Assembly (NCBI RefSeq): GCF_000315625.1 | Contig: NW_005434650.1 | Span: 697,303-761,302, forward strand | Length of the DNA: 64,000 nucleotides | Origin: Guillardia theta CCMP2712 | Lineage: Eukaryota > Protista > Cryptophyta | Direction: 5' to 3' | In this document: piece after piece, positions 33,302 to 45,661 of the stretch | Layout of the letters: each line of letters opens with the position of its first letter | Numbering within the stretch: the first letter of the stretch is position 1 | Notes under the pieces: generated by a model | What the model saw: the letters and a program-made list of their open reading frames with translations, nothing else | Database searches by the model: none | Told to the model about the DNA's origin: nothing | Program-made: the position numbers and the translations under genes

Positions 33302-36300
33302 TTGAGACTTACGGGTCCTGGAGTTTGGCTGGCCCTGCCTTGAAGCCGAGAGACGCAGGGATGGCTCGGGCCTTGGCTCGCGGCATGATCTGCACGAATG
33401 TCAGGCAAATGTCACATTGGCGGCGACGACTTTCCTGGATGGTGAGCTGAATTTCGCACTGGTAGTTGCGTTTGAAGTCGTATCCTGGTGCTCTAAAGTC
33501 CTTGTTCGTCTTGCAACCTGGTCCACCAGGGTGGCAGAGTCTGAACCACCTGCAGCGAGGGATGAGCGTCAAGGAGAGGAGAGATTCGACAACACCTGAA
33601 AGGATATTTTGTTCCTTCCTCATCAACCCCCATGTGCCTGCTGCCTGAAAAAGCAAATTGAGCGAGCAGGAGGGAAAGGACTGCACACTACTTTCAGGCT
33701 GAAGAGAAACTATCTCCATGTCATCTGCTGACGTCTTTCCAAGGTTTCGCTGCATGCAGTCCAAGAAGAGGGGCTGAAGTGAAAGTCAGCAAGCCCACCT
33801 CTGGATCAGTGAGCACCTGTAAAGGCAGAAGACCCTCCGCGATGGCATGCTGGCCGCCAAGGAGGGAGTCGTGCCAGACAGTCAACTTTAGGATGAAATC
33901 TTTCGCTGGCACCGTCGGATCAGGACAAGGGAATTTGAGGCCCTTGAACTTGATCCGATAGTTGAACATGGCGTTCCTCGACACTTTGACACCGTAGTCG
34001 GTGTCCGTCTCCTTCACCCTACCCCACCCCATCATCTCAGCTCGAATGATCACGTCGCTCGTGTATCCATTCTTCGGGGCGCAGCTCTTGAGGTTCCATA
34101 CGATCATCCGCATCTCAAGAGGCATCTGCCTGCCAGCGATGTTGATGTCCTTCTCCGGGTAGTCATCGACATCCACTCGCAGAACAGCATCCACGATCAC
34201 CAACATCTTCCCCACTGTGATGCCTGGCCTGTTCTGATTGTAGAGGTCCCGCGTCTCCCTGGGCTTGTTCACCGTCTTCTTGGCCCATTCTTCACAGAAC
34301 CATCTGTCTTCAAGGTCCACGATGGTCTCCCCTATCACCCTGTCTCCCCCAACTAGATTCCCCAGCACTGGTTGCAGCAAGCCCAAGTTTGCTTCTTCCA
34401 TCAGCCGTATGTGCAGTAGCGAGGGTCCCGGCAGCTTGCCTGGTATCTTGGCACACCTGAAGAACTGGGGGTTGAGAGCTGTGATCGGATCATAAAAGTC
34501 GCGCCATTTCCATTTCTCATCGCCCAAGGTGACTTCAATGAAATTGTCAGACTTTGCAACTCCGTCGACGACGGTTGATGGACTGACTTGAAACGCCTTG
34601 AGCAGGTAGACTCTTATTTCAAGGTCTGTGGCAGGATAGTTCTCGTTCACATCGGGCACCTCGTACGGAACCTCTCTTCCGTTCTTGAGCTCCACCATGT
34701 CAAGGTATCTTGGTTCTTCGCCGCGGGCCTCAGCTTGCGCCTGATCTTCCAGTTTGAAAAGCTTCACCTTACACTTGAGGAAACCGACAATCTCATACTT
34801 GGCTAATTTCACATTCTTGATCGGACCTCGATACAAGGGGAGCTCATCGAAGATTTCCGTCAGGCGATTCTTCCAGGCCCCCTTCTTTCCATACTTTTCA
34901 ACCGTCGCATCTTCGATGGGGCAATCATAGAGGGGATGCATTCTGAAGAGCATCCACTCTGCGTTTGGCTTTCCATCGGGAGTGTCGACCTTCTCTTGTC
35001 TATCTGGGAGCTCGTCATCCTCTCCTTCGATGCCTTCGCCTTCTTGAACTGGTTCAGGCTCATCCATCTCCTCCATGTTCGGGTCTCCCATTTCATCGTC
35101 CGCATCATCAGGAGCGTCGGCTAGTTCCAGCGGCATTGCACCCTGAGGTGGCTCCTCGGATACATCCTTGACTTCATCCTCCAAGGCCGGCTTTCCTTCC
35201 TGGTCCCCCTCTTCCTCCACCTTCTCCTCACTCTCAGTCACTTTTTGTTTGGAGGCAGCAGCCTCAGGCTTTGGTTTACTCTGTTTGACTTTGTTGCCTG
35301 CATCAAGAAACGAAGTCACTCTTTCCACAAACTTGTCTTCATCCCGAGCGTCGATGTATTGATCGAATGCTCGGACAACTGCTTCATCTCTCTTTGCAAA
35401 CAGAGCTTCCAAATTTTTGCTTTGTTTCGCTGAGATGACTCCCTCCTTTTTCAAAGATTGTAGCATTTCAAAGAATTTCTTTCTTCTTTCCTTTTGTCTC
35501 TTTTTCTCCTTTGCCTCCTCGTCTTCATCTTCATCGTCGTCGTCGTCAGACACCTCTTCACCCTCATCGGATGGATAGAAGTCTTCGGTCGGAATACTGC
35601 CGTAAGCGACAATTGGTGGCTTTTCATTCCATGGGATCTGAAAAGGAAGCCCAAGAGTGGAGTGATCATAGATGTAAAAGTCGAGGTAGGGGGCATAACG
35701 CTTCTCCTCGGGCAGGCCAACATTGATTTCAACACATTCCATGAAGTTCGCGTTGGTACCACTCGGACGTGAAGTAGATTTGGTGGTCTGTGCAGTTGAA
35801 GGATCATCACAGCAAATTTCAACCTGAGGCGCAAATATAGGATGGAAGGGGTAGGGAGAAGTAAGGTCTCTTAACCCGAGGACTTGAATCTGGATCTTGC
35901 AATCAATCATTGGAACAGGTCGAACTGGCGCCTTGCTGGTCCATGTTTCTGCATCTTCTGGATCAACCGGCGACTTGTCGGGCACCAGAGGACGAGGAGG
36001 CTCTTTCATCAGCATTTCATTCACCTCGATGATTTGAAACGAAGTCAGGATGTGACCCTCGACGACATCTGGATTTCCGCGAGAGAGAGGGATGTAGACA
36101 GGATTTGACTTCCTTCCGAAGAGGTCTGATGGAGATATAAAGACTCTTCCAAGCAAACTGGCTTGTTCCCCATTTTCCTCAAGCACACTCAGTTCAATCT
36201 TGGGAGACAGCTTGAGCATCGCCTTATTCTTTTCAACTTCCACGTAGTCTTCCGGATCAACACAGTATTCTTCTGCTCCCCAATCAACATTCTGAGGGAG

Positions 36301-38665
36301 TACAAACAACCTCAAATCATCCAAAAGAAGTGTAGTGTCAAAAGTAGGATTGTTCGTCAAATATGCAGTGTGGGTTTTTTTCGGCGGATTCAAAAGATAC
36401 TTGACTTCGACAAAGGAATTTGCAATACCGATGTCATTCTTTGCCACGAGCTCCTTCGCTTGGTAGATATGAGCTTTCACATTGAAGTGTCTATACCAAT
36501 TCAAATATTCGGACCACGGAGCTGGGATTGGGTGAATGTTCCAGCTGGCCCAGGGGCTGAGAATTGGAGGTCCTTTGGGGGGTCCATTAGCACATTTCTC
36601 TCGAGATGCAAACCATAGCTTGACGCTGAAACCCAAGAAGCCAGCGGGATCATCTGGAGATAGCGCGCAGATAGCATCACGTTTCAGTCCGACATACTGA
36701 TAGCCTGTGTATGGATTGAGAATGTTCTGAGTTTTGGGGTCATCTTCCTTTCCCCATGGAGCACGCTTTGAAGGTTCTGGAGCAGGGAACTCTGGGGGTA
36801 GAATGATTGATGCCAGACCTTCGTACTTTCCACCTGTGCCGTTGTCTTCTCTGTCCATGCCGATGTATACGTTCTCTTTGAAATACTCTGAGTCGCCACC
36901 TCCAAGTGCAGTCTTAATACTGCCCTTCCACATGCCTATCAATGCTTTGTCGAACTGTAAGAAGCTCATGCGGTAGACTTTGATCCACAGATCTGGTAGT
37001 CTTTCAACAAAGAGCTCTGGGTCCCAAACTTTTCCAGATGGATCTGAAGGATTATCTCTGGCATTGTCGAAAGGCAAATCATATTCAAGCTCCACAGCTT
37101 CAAAAAATTCAAAGAGGCCATTGTCTGAGAGCGGTTTAGGTTTGATGAAAACGCTTTTTCTCCCTACTTGAAACTCAACAACAATCTCGCTCTGCATTCC
37201 GGAAGTCACGAAAGCTTGACCGAAAAAGCAATGGAATCGAAAGAACATCTTTTGCATAGCATCCGACCACATGATTGCACAATCCTTGGGCTTGAGAGCG
37301 ATGACGCCTGGAGAGGGCTCCTTCTTTTCACTTCTCTCTTCGATTTCTGCTGCCAGTAGAACTCTACCGCAATAAACAGATTGTTCTTCAAAATCTCCAG
37401 GAAGTCTGGGCACGCCCGCACTTTCCATCATATTGTCAATGCTTTGCCCGCCGAAGAGACCAATTCCTGTACGGAAAGGATCATTCCTTCTCTCGTACAT
37501 GTCGATCCATCTTGGCTCTTTATAGTACTCCTGGCGGATGACAATGTCTTTCCAGCTGAAGACAATATGTGACAGTCTGGACACATTGGCATCCCACACT
37601 TCACAAATGATCAGGTCGCAATACGAGGGTTCATAGAAAGGTAACTGCAGCATCGTATTCCATTTCGGTCGGAGCGAATTCGGGAAAGGGTCTGATGAGA
37701 TTGCACCGCAGCCACTGATGACTCTAAAGACTGGATCTGCTGTCCGTTCTGATCCGGTCCCGAGATCAAACCCCTGGTAGACAAGGAGCTTGAAGTTGTA
37801 TTGGTGGGAAGCACACTTTCTCAGATTCAACCGAGGAATTTGCAGAATGTCATGAAAATTAAGTTCCCAGTCTGCAACGTCATCTGGAGCTCGACTTTGA
37901 ACTTGCCCTGGCTCATCAATGTTGTTGATGATGCAATTCAGCTTCAGAAAACCCATTGGCTCGGCCGGGAGATCGGAGTTAGGATCAACTAGAGGAAACC
38001 ATTGCATTGGAAGCATGTGACCTTCACTGAGAAAAATGTCCAAGATTCCTAACCGAACTTCTCCGATGAATTTTGGTCCGAGCAAAGTGGTATGATAGAC
38101 CGATATCATCAGGCAGGAAGCAAAGAAATCTTCTGGCTGTCCAGTATACTCCCTCTTGAAGGTTCTGTTTGGAATTTCATTTATACACTTTTCCATGACT
38201 TTGGAATCCTCTCGAATGCCGAGATGGCTTACTTGGATCAACATATTGTTCGTTCCATTCCCAGCAATGGCTTTGATGCCGCGAGCATCCCATACTGTGG
38301 TGATGACATTCCAACTACAGTCACGAGAATTGTGCTTTTCCTTATACTCTCTGCATAGCATAGAGTATGCAGGAACTGGGTGCCATGTCGGCATCTTGCT
38401 ATCGGATCTTGAAAGAGGATCAGGGATTGATTGGACCCGCCATTCGAAGAGCGAAAAACTTTACTGTCAAAGAAAAGATGTCAAGCAAGTTCAAAGGGAC
38501 ATCAAGAGAGAAAGATGTCATGACGACAAGCTTCTGCAATCAATTTGATCACCTGCAGTTTCTCCAGCTGCTCCCACCTAGCCTGCTGTCCTGTCCCTTC
38601 ACCTTCGCATCCCTTGCATTCCACAGGTCGCGCAACCTGGCTCCGAATAAATTACAGTCCATCAT
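32948..38665 (-). CDS. Ferlin-family multi-C2-domain tail-anchored protein; 5' end approximate
   Basis: 1557-aa ORF with ferlin blocks GFLKLNC, YCGRVLLA, VKAHIYQAKEL, IQIQVLGLRDL, VGFLKCKVK, RVYLLKA, LNPQFFR, IGETIVDLEDRWF, PRETRDLY and LEMRMIVWN..SDV..ETDTDY..FNYRIKF. Last exon RRSIEKPCCCCICCCILLILFIVVYVYVMQLG..GISF* is the C-terminal TM anchor; stop at 32948-32950. Confidence 0.9.
33223..33301. repeat. (GGCA)n microsatellite in a ferlin intron
   Basis: About 19 tandem copies visible. Confidence 0.95.
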
Positions 38666-38779
38666 TTCATTATAATAACCCAAATAATTTGAATATTTGC
38701 AAACTTACTCTTTAAATATGAAATTAGAATAGGACTATTTCAATCATTGAGAAGGAAGTACCACCGCTTGGTTCTTAAT

Positions 38780-39190
38780 CGGCCCGGTAGGATCTGAACA
38801 GCCGCGCTGCCAAGTGAGAGTTTCATAACCGTTGAACGGTAGTAACGGCATGCCATGGTCGGCCGGGCCGGGCCGCTGGGCCGCAGGCCCGCACTACGGC
38901 CAGGCGCCGCCGCTACTAATCACCGGGTGGCTGCCCCGCCGCACTCAACTTGGCAACGGCCGCACACTGAGGCTCCGAGGCTCTGCCTGTCTGCTAACTG
39001 TCAGTGCGCGGCCCACAGTTAGCGGCCCCGGGCCTGGCACCGACGGTGCCGGACCCCGATTCCAGCCCTCTCAGGCTGTGACCGTGAGTTGTATGCGACT
39101 ACGGTACCTGGGCAGCCTGCTGAGCTGGCGGCCGGGTCACCGGGTACTACGGTAGCGGGCCCGGCCTTCCTGCGCGGTTCTGAGGCGGGT
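38780..39190. repeat. GC-rich CCGG/GGCC-rich intergenic element between divergent genes
   Basis: ggccgggccgggccgctgggccgcaggccc, ggccccgggcc, ccgggtcaccggg. Flanked on the left by an AT-rich stretch (38670-38750). Confidence 0.6.
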
Positions 39191-39346
39191 CATTTGAAGT
39201 TTCATTTCAGGGGCCGCATTCTTGCAGGCGGGGGAGAAGAGGAGGAAGAAGAGACGGGCTGAAGGAAGACACAAGCAGCCCTTCCTTGCTGAAACCTCTC
39301 GAATCTTGTGTGTTGGTTTCTGCAGGAGAGGACCAGTGAGACAGAA

Positions 39347-40339
39347 ATGAAACTCATGGTGATTCGTGTTGCGATGTTTGTTTGCCTCGCAGACAGTTTA
39401 ATGGCATTCAATGTGTGGTTTCCATGCTTCAGCGGAAATGCTATTTCGAAACCTTTATTCCTTCGTCATCATGAAGAAGTTGAAAGAGGCAGGCACATCA
39501 GTATGCACGCGATAAAACGCGAATCAAAACAGAAATGGTATGAAGGAATCGACAGGAACAGCGAAGAGTACAAGAAAACGCTTGAGCGTCAGCGTCAGCT
39601 TACAGATTCCATGTCGGTGCTCGAAAAATGGGACGAGTCAATGAGGGAATTTTATCAGAAACATGCAGACGCCACAGCTCCTCTCGGAGATGTGGAGGGC
39701 CTAGTCAAAGTGGCTGGAGCGCAGGAGCGACGAGCGCTGCGGGAGGCATGCAAGATTCTGTCCTCGGAAGCTTACTATGTCCTCCTTGGGATGAATGCAG
39801 GGACAGAGGAGGAAGTCCGCAGGTGCTTCCAGCAGTGGATTGAAGGGCTCCAGCTCCCGATGCCTGAGCAGGTGCCGTACATGGACGACAACTTCGGCAC
39901 AGAATTTCTCGATCGCGCAAGCATGAGCCAGGAGCTGCAGACGAGGTTTGATGGTCCAGTCCATCTTGCATACAACTCAAAGGCAGGAGAAGCGGCGGAT
40001 GCTCCTCCTCGAGTGCACATCATGCCTTATCCTGCTATGGATCGCGGAACGGTCTTCACTCCAATCCTGGAGGGATTTTTCACTCAGTACGGTGAAATTC
40101 CTCTGAATCTCTTCGATGTTGCCTTGGATGAGAAAATTCCGGAGGGGTATGAGTCAGTAGATGAGAGCGTGCGCTCCAAGGACGTCGCCGCCCGCCAGCA
40201 TGCAGCCCTGGGCAATGCATATGCGAACCCGAGTGCTATGAAGGATGTGAAAGTTGCCAAACCTTCAGAATCAGAATCTTCATGTGAGCAAGCGCAAAAC
40301 CTTCTCGACCAAACTTCATCCAGCGAATTTCTCAACTAG
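39347..40339 (+). CDS. Plastid-targeted DUF1824-family protein (cyanobacterial-type), single exon
   Basis: Bipartite presequence MKLMVIRVAMFVCLADSLMA-F. Core ALREACKILSSEAYYVLLGMNA..FDGPVHLAYNSKAG..PYPAMDRGTVF..YGEIPLNLF matches the DUF1824 pattern (GPVYLKFN..RGVL..YGHLPLDLF). Confidence 0.72.
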   Translation: MKLMVIRVAMFVCLADSLMAFNVWFPCFSGNAISKPLFLRHHEEVERGRHISMHAIKRESKQKWYEGIDRNSEEYKKTLERQRQLTDSMSVLEKWDESMREFYQKHADATAPLGDVEGLVKVAGAQERRALREACKILSSEAYYVLLGMNAGTEEEVRRCFQQWIEGLQLPMPEQVPYMDDNFGTEFLDRASMSQELQTRFDGPVHLAYNSKAGEAADAPPRVHIMPYPAMDRGTVFTPILEGFFTQYGEIPLNLFDVALDEKIPEGYESVDESVRSKDVAARQHAALGNAYANPSAMKDVKVAKPSESESSCEQAQNLLDQTSSSEFLN

Positions 40340-40972
40340 ACCCATCTGGATTTCTCAGTAAACTCGTGCGATGTCGAAGCAACATTCCGTGTAACAATAG
40401 CTCGGCCTAGCTTGTTTTGATAATGAACCGACCTAGTTCCTCCTGCTCCTCAGCTCCCTCCCTGCCCTCCCCCTTCCCTGTCTCCCTCCCTTCCCTTCCC
40501 CTTCCCTGTCTCTCTCTCTCCCTCTCTCCCTCCCTACCTACCTTTCCTTCCTCCCCTTCTAAAAACCCTGCGACCTTGCAATCGTACCCCTACTTCTTCC
40601 CATGAAAAGTACCCCCACAGTGTGTAAACTTCACTTTCCTTCTCGCTCCCTCCTCCCTCCTCCTCCCCCAACGCCATGTTGGTTCATCCTCGGTGAACGA
40701 TCGACATGTCACTCCTGATCCTTCTCTCAACCTGCAACCTGGATACATCCGTTCTCCTCCCTCCTTTGCTGTCCATCAACCTCTCAGGATCTCACTTGTC
40801 CCATTCGCCTCCGTGAATCAGTTGTTTTCGCCCATTTCCCTTGCTCACATTGATTCCCCCTTCTTCCTCGGTCTGCACAGACACAGACACAGACACACAT
40901 ACACACTTCTTGCTACTTTATCCCTGCTCATGCCACATGTAACAAGGGAATAGCGTCACTCCAAAATCCCAC

Positions 40973-43900
40973 ATGATGGATCGATCTTCATTCTACTCCC
41001 TGGTGCTCGTGTACCTCCTGTCTCTCTGTACCGTCGCCGTTGGCATGGCACTTTTCTTCAGCTCCTTCTTTCCTCCTAGAAATCTACCTTCGACCTCAAT
41101 GGCATTCCACCATAAGCGAGGGGCAGAGCCACGACACGGGATGGAGCGACGGAGGAGGGATCGAGTTGTGCTCATGATCATTGACGCGATGCGATCGGAG
41201 TTCATCTATTCCAACACCTCCAACTTTAAGTTCCTCAGAGAGCAGATCAGACACGGCGCCGCTATCGCGTACTCCACGAAAGCACACCCGCCGACTGTCA
41301 CCTTGCCTAGGATCAAGTCAATCATTACAGGTGCAATCCCGAGCTTCCTGGACGTAGCAGCGAATCTCAACTCTCCCGAGCTGAGTGAAGATAACGTCAT
41401 CACTCGGGCATCGAGATCAGGATCGCAGATCCTCATGTTCGGTGACGAGACTTGGCTCAGGTTGTTCCCTTCCACCTTCCTCCGCAGTGACGGAACTACC
41501 GCCTTCTTCGTGCTCGACACCAAGATAGTTGATGATAACGTGACAAGGCACGTCATGCCTGAATTGGACAACAATGATTGGGACCTCATGATTTTGCACT
41601 ATCTCGGGCTAGACCATGCCGGGCATTTGGGTGGGACAGACAGTGAAACGATGCGATCAAAGCAGCTGGAGATGGATGAGCTGGTGAAGGACATGTGGGA
41701 GAAGATAGACCTCAGCAACAGAAACTCTCAGCCTGGTTCAAAGCCTACCATCCTGGTTGTTTGCAGCGACCATGGAATGAACAGTGGCGGAAATCATGGA
41801 GGGGCAAGTGATCCAGAAACAGACGCTACCGCCATTTTCTTCACGTCGAGGCATGATCAGCATGATGGTCGACAAGAAGCTTCTGGAGACGATGCTGAAG
41901 CCCTTCAATTTCCCGTGGTTTGGCAAGTCGACATGGCTCCGACGCTTGCTTCCCTTCTGAACGTGGAAGTTCCAATGAACAACATTGGAAAGATCATCCC
42001 CACAGTGTTGGATCACATGAATGTTCCTGATTATCTTTCGTCTTTGGAGAGGAATGCTGAGCAATTGTTTAGATTAAGTGGAGGGAATCGTTCGCAGACA
42101 AAGAGTCTCACGGACCTATACAACCAGGCACGCTCTTTGAAAGATGACTGCTTAAATGCAATGAAGCAGGCTAGCAAGGAGACAATGAAGGTCTCTCAGC
42201 TTCGCACAGCATTCATTCAAGATGGTGAACCAGCACATGTAGAAGAGAAAGATCCAACAGAAGCTTGTCTGATTAAGACAGAGCAAGTTTACTTTGATTA
42301 TCTTCAAAAAGTATGTGAAAGGCTTGAGCAAGAACAGGGTGGAAAGTATGACATGGCAGGCATCACGCTTGCCCTCTTTGTGTTGTTGGCTGCTTCTATC
42401 AACTCTTTGAATGTCTTCATACATGTGCATATCAGTGAGGATTTTCAATCGCACCAGTCAGCGAAAGAGATCCATGGACCTCAGAACATCATCTGGGGAA
42501 CGATCAGTCGACATGTGATCATCGGGGCTATCTCTTCCATTGCAGGCTTGCTCCTTCATCCATCCTTCTGCTCTCTCTTTTACAACGACAGATCAAAACC
42601 TTCAGGGGTATGCGCTGCAACCCTAGAGAAGAAGATTATCGTCGGAGTCTCGTATTTTATGATGACAGTCTGTGCTTCTGTTTTCTACTCCTCTTTCCGA
42701 ACCTTTTCTAGTCATTTGTTGCGAGGGGTGCGGATTCTCTGGTACAAGAGCACCTTGACAAGCTCCAAGAATTTTCCAAACGCCGTCGGGCCGCTTGATG
42801 AGACGCTGGGGCTCGAAACTGTAGTCGCAGTCTTTGGGTCTGCTCTGCATTTGTTCACTTTATTCTCGAGTTCCATGATTGAGGAGGAGCATGTGACATT
42901 CTATTTCTTGTAAGACAATGAAGCTCCATTGCTAGATGCTCTAACCGCTTTGATCTGCAGGACAAGCACACTCTTCCTGTCAATGGCGAGAAGAACAATG
43001 AAAGTGAATGCGCGCATGAAGCAAGGGTTTGATCAGATGAGGTCGCTTGTTGGGGTGAGTATGTAAGTGAAGTAGTGTTTCGTCTGAACAAGAATTACCA
43101 TCAGGCTGTGGTGCTGCTGGTTGTGCTCAGGATCGCAGGCTCATGGAATCAGGTGATGTAAAAAGTTTCGTTCGATTGTCACGGATGATGAAAGAAACTG
43201 AAATGATTGTTATATTTGCAGACTGGTGTGAAGAATTATGGGAAAGCGGATCTGGCCAAGTGGCTACTGAAGCCGGATCAAAAGATGCTGCTCGTCGTAC
43301 TGGGAGGCTTGTCTCTTGTGTTTGTTGTATCCTGCCACGTTCATGCCGTCAGAAGTAGTCGGCAGCAGAGCACGGGATTGATTTCTATGGTCCAACTTAT
43401 CGCCACTCCGACATTCATCTTTGCATGGTTTCTTTCTTCCTACTTCTCTACCCAAGAGATTCTCACTGCTCGAGCGATCTTTCTCGCAAGCTTGCTCGCT
43501 TGCATGAGCGCGACGTACGAGCTGTATCGCAATTCTGGGAGGAAAGAGGGCGTTGCGCACAGCCCGCTCTTGAGATGGTCCACCAAGATGCTTTTCGGGC
43601 TTGCGATCTTCGTCGTCCCGCTGTACTGTCCCACATCACAACTGATGGTGCTGGAACTGACGTCTCTTCCTCCAGGCACCACTTGCAGAATTATCCGCTT
43701 CTGGCTGCGATCTGTCTGCAATTTTATGCAGCCAGCAATGTCTGTAGGATGTACATGCGTCAAGAGGAGCAGGCGACGCCTGTGCCTGCACCCATCGCCT
43801 TGCTGGTGATGTTGGAGTGGATGGGGAGATGCGGCTACTTCGCACTTGGGAACAGCAACAGCATCGCAACCATCGACGTGAGCAAGGCGTTCACCGGGCT

Positions 43901-44326
43901 CTCGGAGTACAATCAGACTGTGAGTGGTCAAGTTCCTTCTCCTCCTCCTCACGAGAGTTTGCAGATCTGCGGTATCTTCACAGCGATGATCACCTTCACT
44001 GGGCCCCTCCTCATGTGGTTCGCGACGCTGGCCATCGTAGCCCAGCTGTTCGGCTCGAGGAGGAGGATGTCTTGTGCTGTCCTGCTAGCAGCTTCTCTCC
44101 ACTCATCGATGAGGTAATTTGAGTCTGGTGCCTCCTTCACTGACTGGTGAAAAGGATTCTCTGCCTGTCCTGCGTCTGCCTCGTTTCAACGATGTTCAGG
44201 AATCACTTGTTCGTCTGGAGCGTCTTCTCCCCGAAGCTCTTGTATGAGCTCGTCATGTCCATAACCATGTTGTCTGTACATTCCGTATGCGTGATATTTA
44301 CTTGTTCAATCGATATCTTCACATAA
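40973..44326 (+). CDS. PIGG: GPI ethanolamine phosphate transferase 2 (PIG-G/GPI7)
   Basis: IIDAMR, PPTVTLPRIKSIITGAIPSFLD, FGDETWLRLFP, DGTTAFFV.DT..VDDNVTRH, ILHYLGLDHAGHLGG, SDHGMNSGGNHGG, QVDMAPTL, SSMIEEEHVTFYF, GNSNSIATIDVSKAFTGL, RNHLFVWSVFSPKLLYE. Confidence 0.92.
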
Positions 44327-44464
44327 ATCTAAGGTCGATCTTTTCTTCCCTCCTCTTCCTCCTCCAATCCCTCCCTCCCTCCCTCCCTCCTCTTTTTCTT
44401 TCTCTTCCTACATTCCTCGAGCAAGCTTTCCAAGCCCTCTCTTGCCCTCGCTCCTTCATGTCGT

Positions 44465-45190
44465 TCAATTCTTCTTGCTCTGATGATGGCGGAGCAACAG
44501 GGCTCCTGCGAAAAGTCCCCAGATGGAGTAGGCGAACTTTGCCAGGACAAACTCGTGGGTGAGGGAGGGGAGAAAGCTGGTGATGAGGTAGGTCAGTCCT
44601 ACCAAGACGGCGATCAGTCCCATCCACATGGGAAAGACAGAGCCGAGCTCGCTTGCTATTTGATCCTCCGCCGCTCGTCGCCGCAGCTCGAACATAATCG
44701 AAAGTCCCATGAAGATGACGGCAAGACCCTCGGGGATAGGAAAGCCGTGGAGAAGGATGTGGTCGCGCCAGACCATGAGCTGACGCCTCAGTCTTGGTTC
44801 CCGTCCTAGCTCAAGCAATGCGATCATCTCAACAAACCCGCCGATGATGAGGACGAGGCAAGTTCCCAGCCACAACCATGAGGAGAAGTTCAGGAGGGGA
44901 AGGTCTCTGGACAGAAAGTGCACACCAATCACGATGACAAAAGTGGCAGCAGCAGCTCCAACTATGCTGGCAAGGTGCAAGATAGCAATAGGAAAGGAGA
45001 AATTGAAGTAGTTGTCATCAGCGTTCTTGGCATCCAAAGGGTCCGGAACGATATGGCGAACCAAAAATGTTGGCAAAATGAGACAAAATCCCACACCAGC
45101 GTGGGCAATGGCTGTTCTGACATTCCTTTCATGCATGGCTGCAAGGCTGGACTCTCCCAGAAGGGGAATATTTGAGTTGTCCCTCAACAT
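44465..45190 (-). CDS. Hypothetical multipass (~6 TM) membrane protein; may have extra 5' exons
   Basis: 241-aa ORF with six long hydrophobic segments. No family recognised. Confidence 0.65.
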   Translation of the reverse strand: MLRDNSNIPLLGESSLAAMHERNVRTAIAHAGVGFCLILPTFLVRHIVPDPLDAKNADDNYFNFSFPIAILHLASIVGAAAATFVIVIGVHFLSRDLPLLNFSSWLWLGTCLVLIIGGFVEMIALLELGREPRLRRQLMVWRDHILLHGFPIPEGLAVIFMGLSIMFELRRRAAEDQIASELGSVFPMWMGLIAVLVGLTYLITSFLPSLTHEFVLAKFAYSIWGLFAGALLLRHHQSKKN

Positions 45191-45608
45191 CTTCTCTATG
45201 ATGACGTCTCTTCGTTACTAAGCTGGTGGCGGCTGAAAACAAATATTCGACTAGATCAAAACAAGTGTGCAACAAGACTCGAATAAGGCGAGAATCTGTA
45301 AGAGAAGTAAGGAATCGAACAACAGTCACTGATTGCTGTGCGAAGCCTTCACTGGCGTTTCACTTCCCTGCTTCTACCCGTACCCGCACTCTCTTCCTCT
45401 ACACTTCAGCATCGCCTCTTTCGTCTTCTCTTCCTCCTTGTCAGCCTTGTTCGTCCTCTCCCCCCTCCCACTCCATGCTCGCACCTATCAACTTGCTGCT
45501 CGCCGCATGGCCACGTAGAAGAGTTGCTGGTCAGAGGGGGGAAGAGGGATAGCTACTGAATGAACGCGTAATCCGCAGATGATGGTTAACCACAAACTCA
45601 CTCAACCG

Positions 45609-45642
45609 GATCTGCGACCTGATCTGCGACCTGATCTGCGAC
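45609..45642. repeat. Short tandem repeat GATCTGCGACCT x ~3 just upstream of the hydrolase ATG
   Basis: Directly visible. Confidence 0.85.
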
Positions 45643-45661
45643 AGCGATCTCGTCTCAGGGA

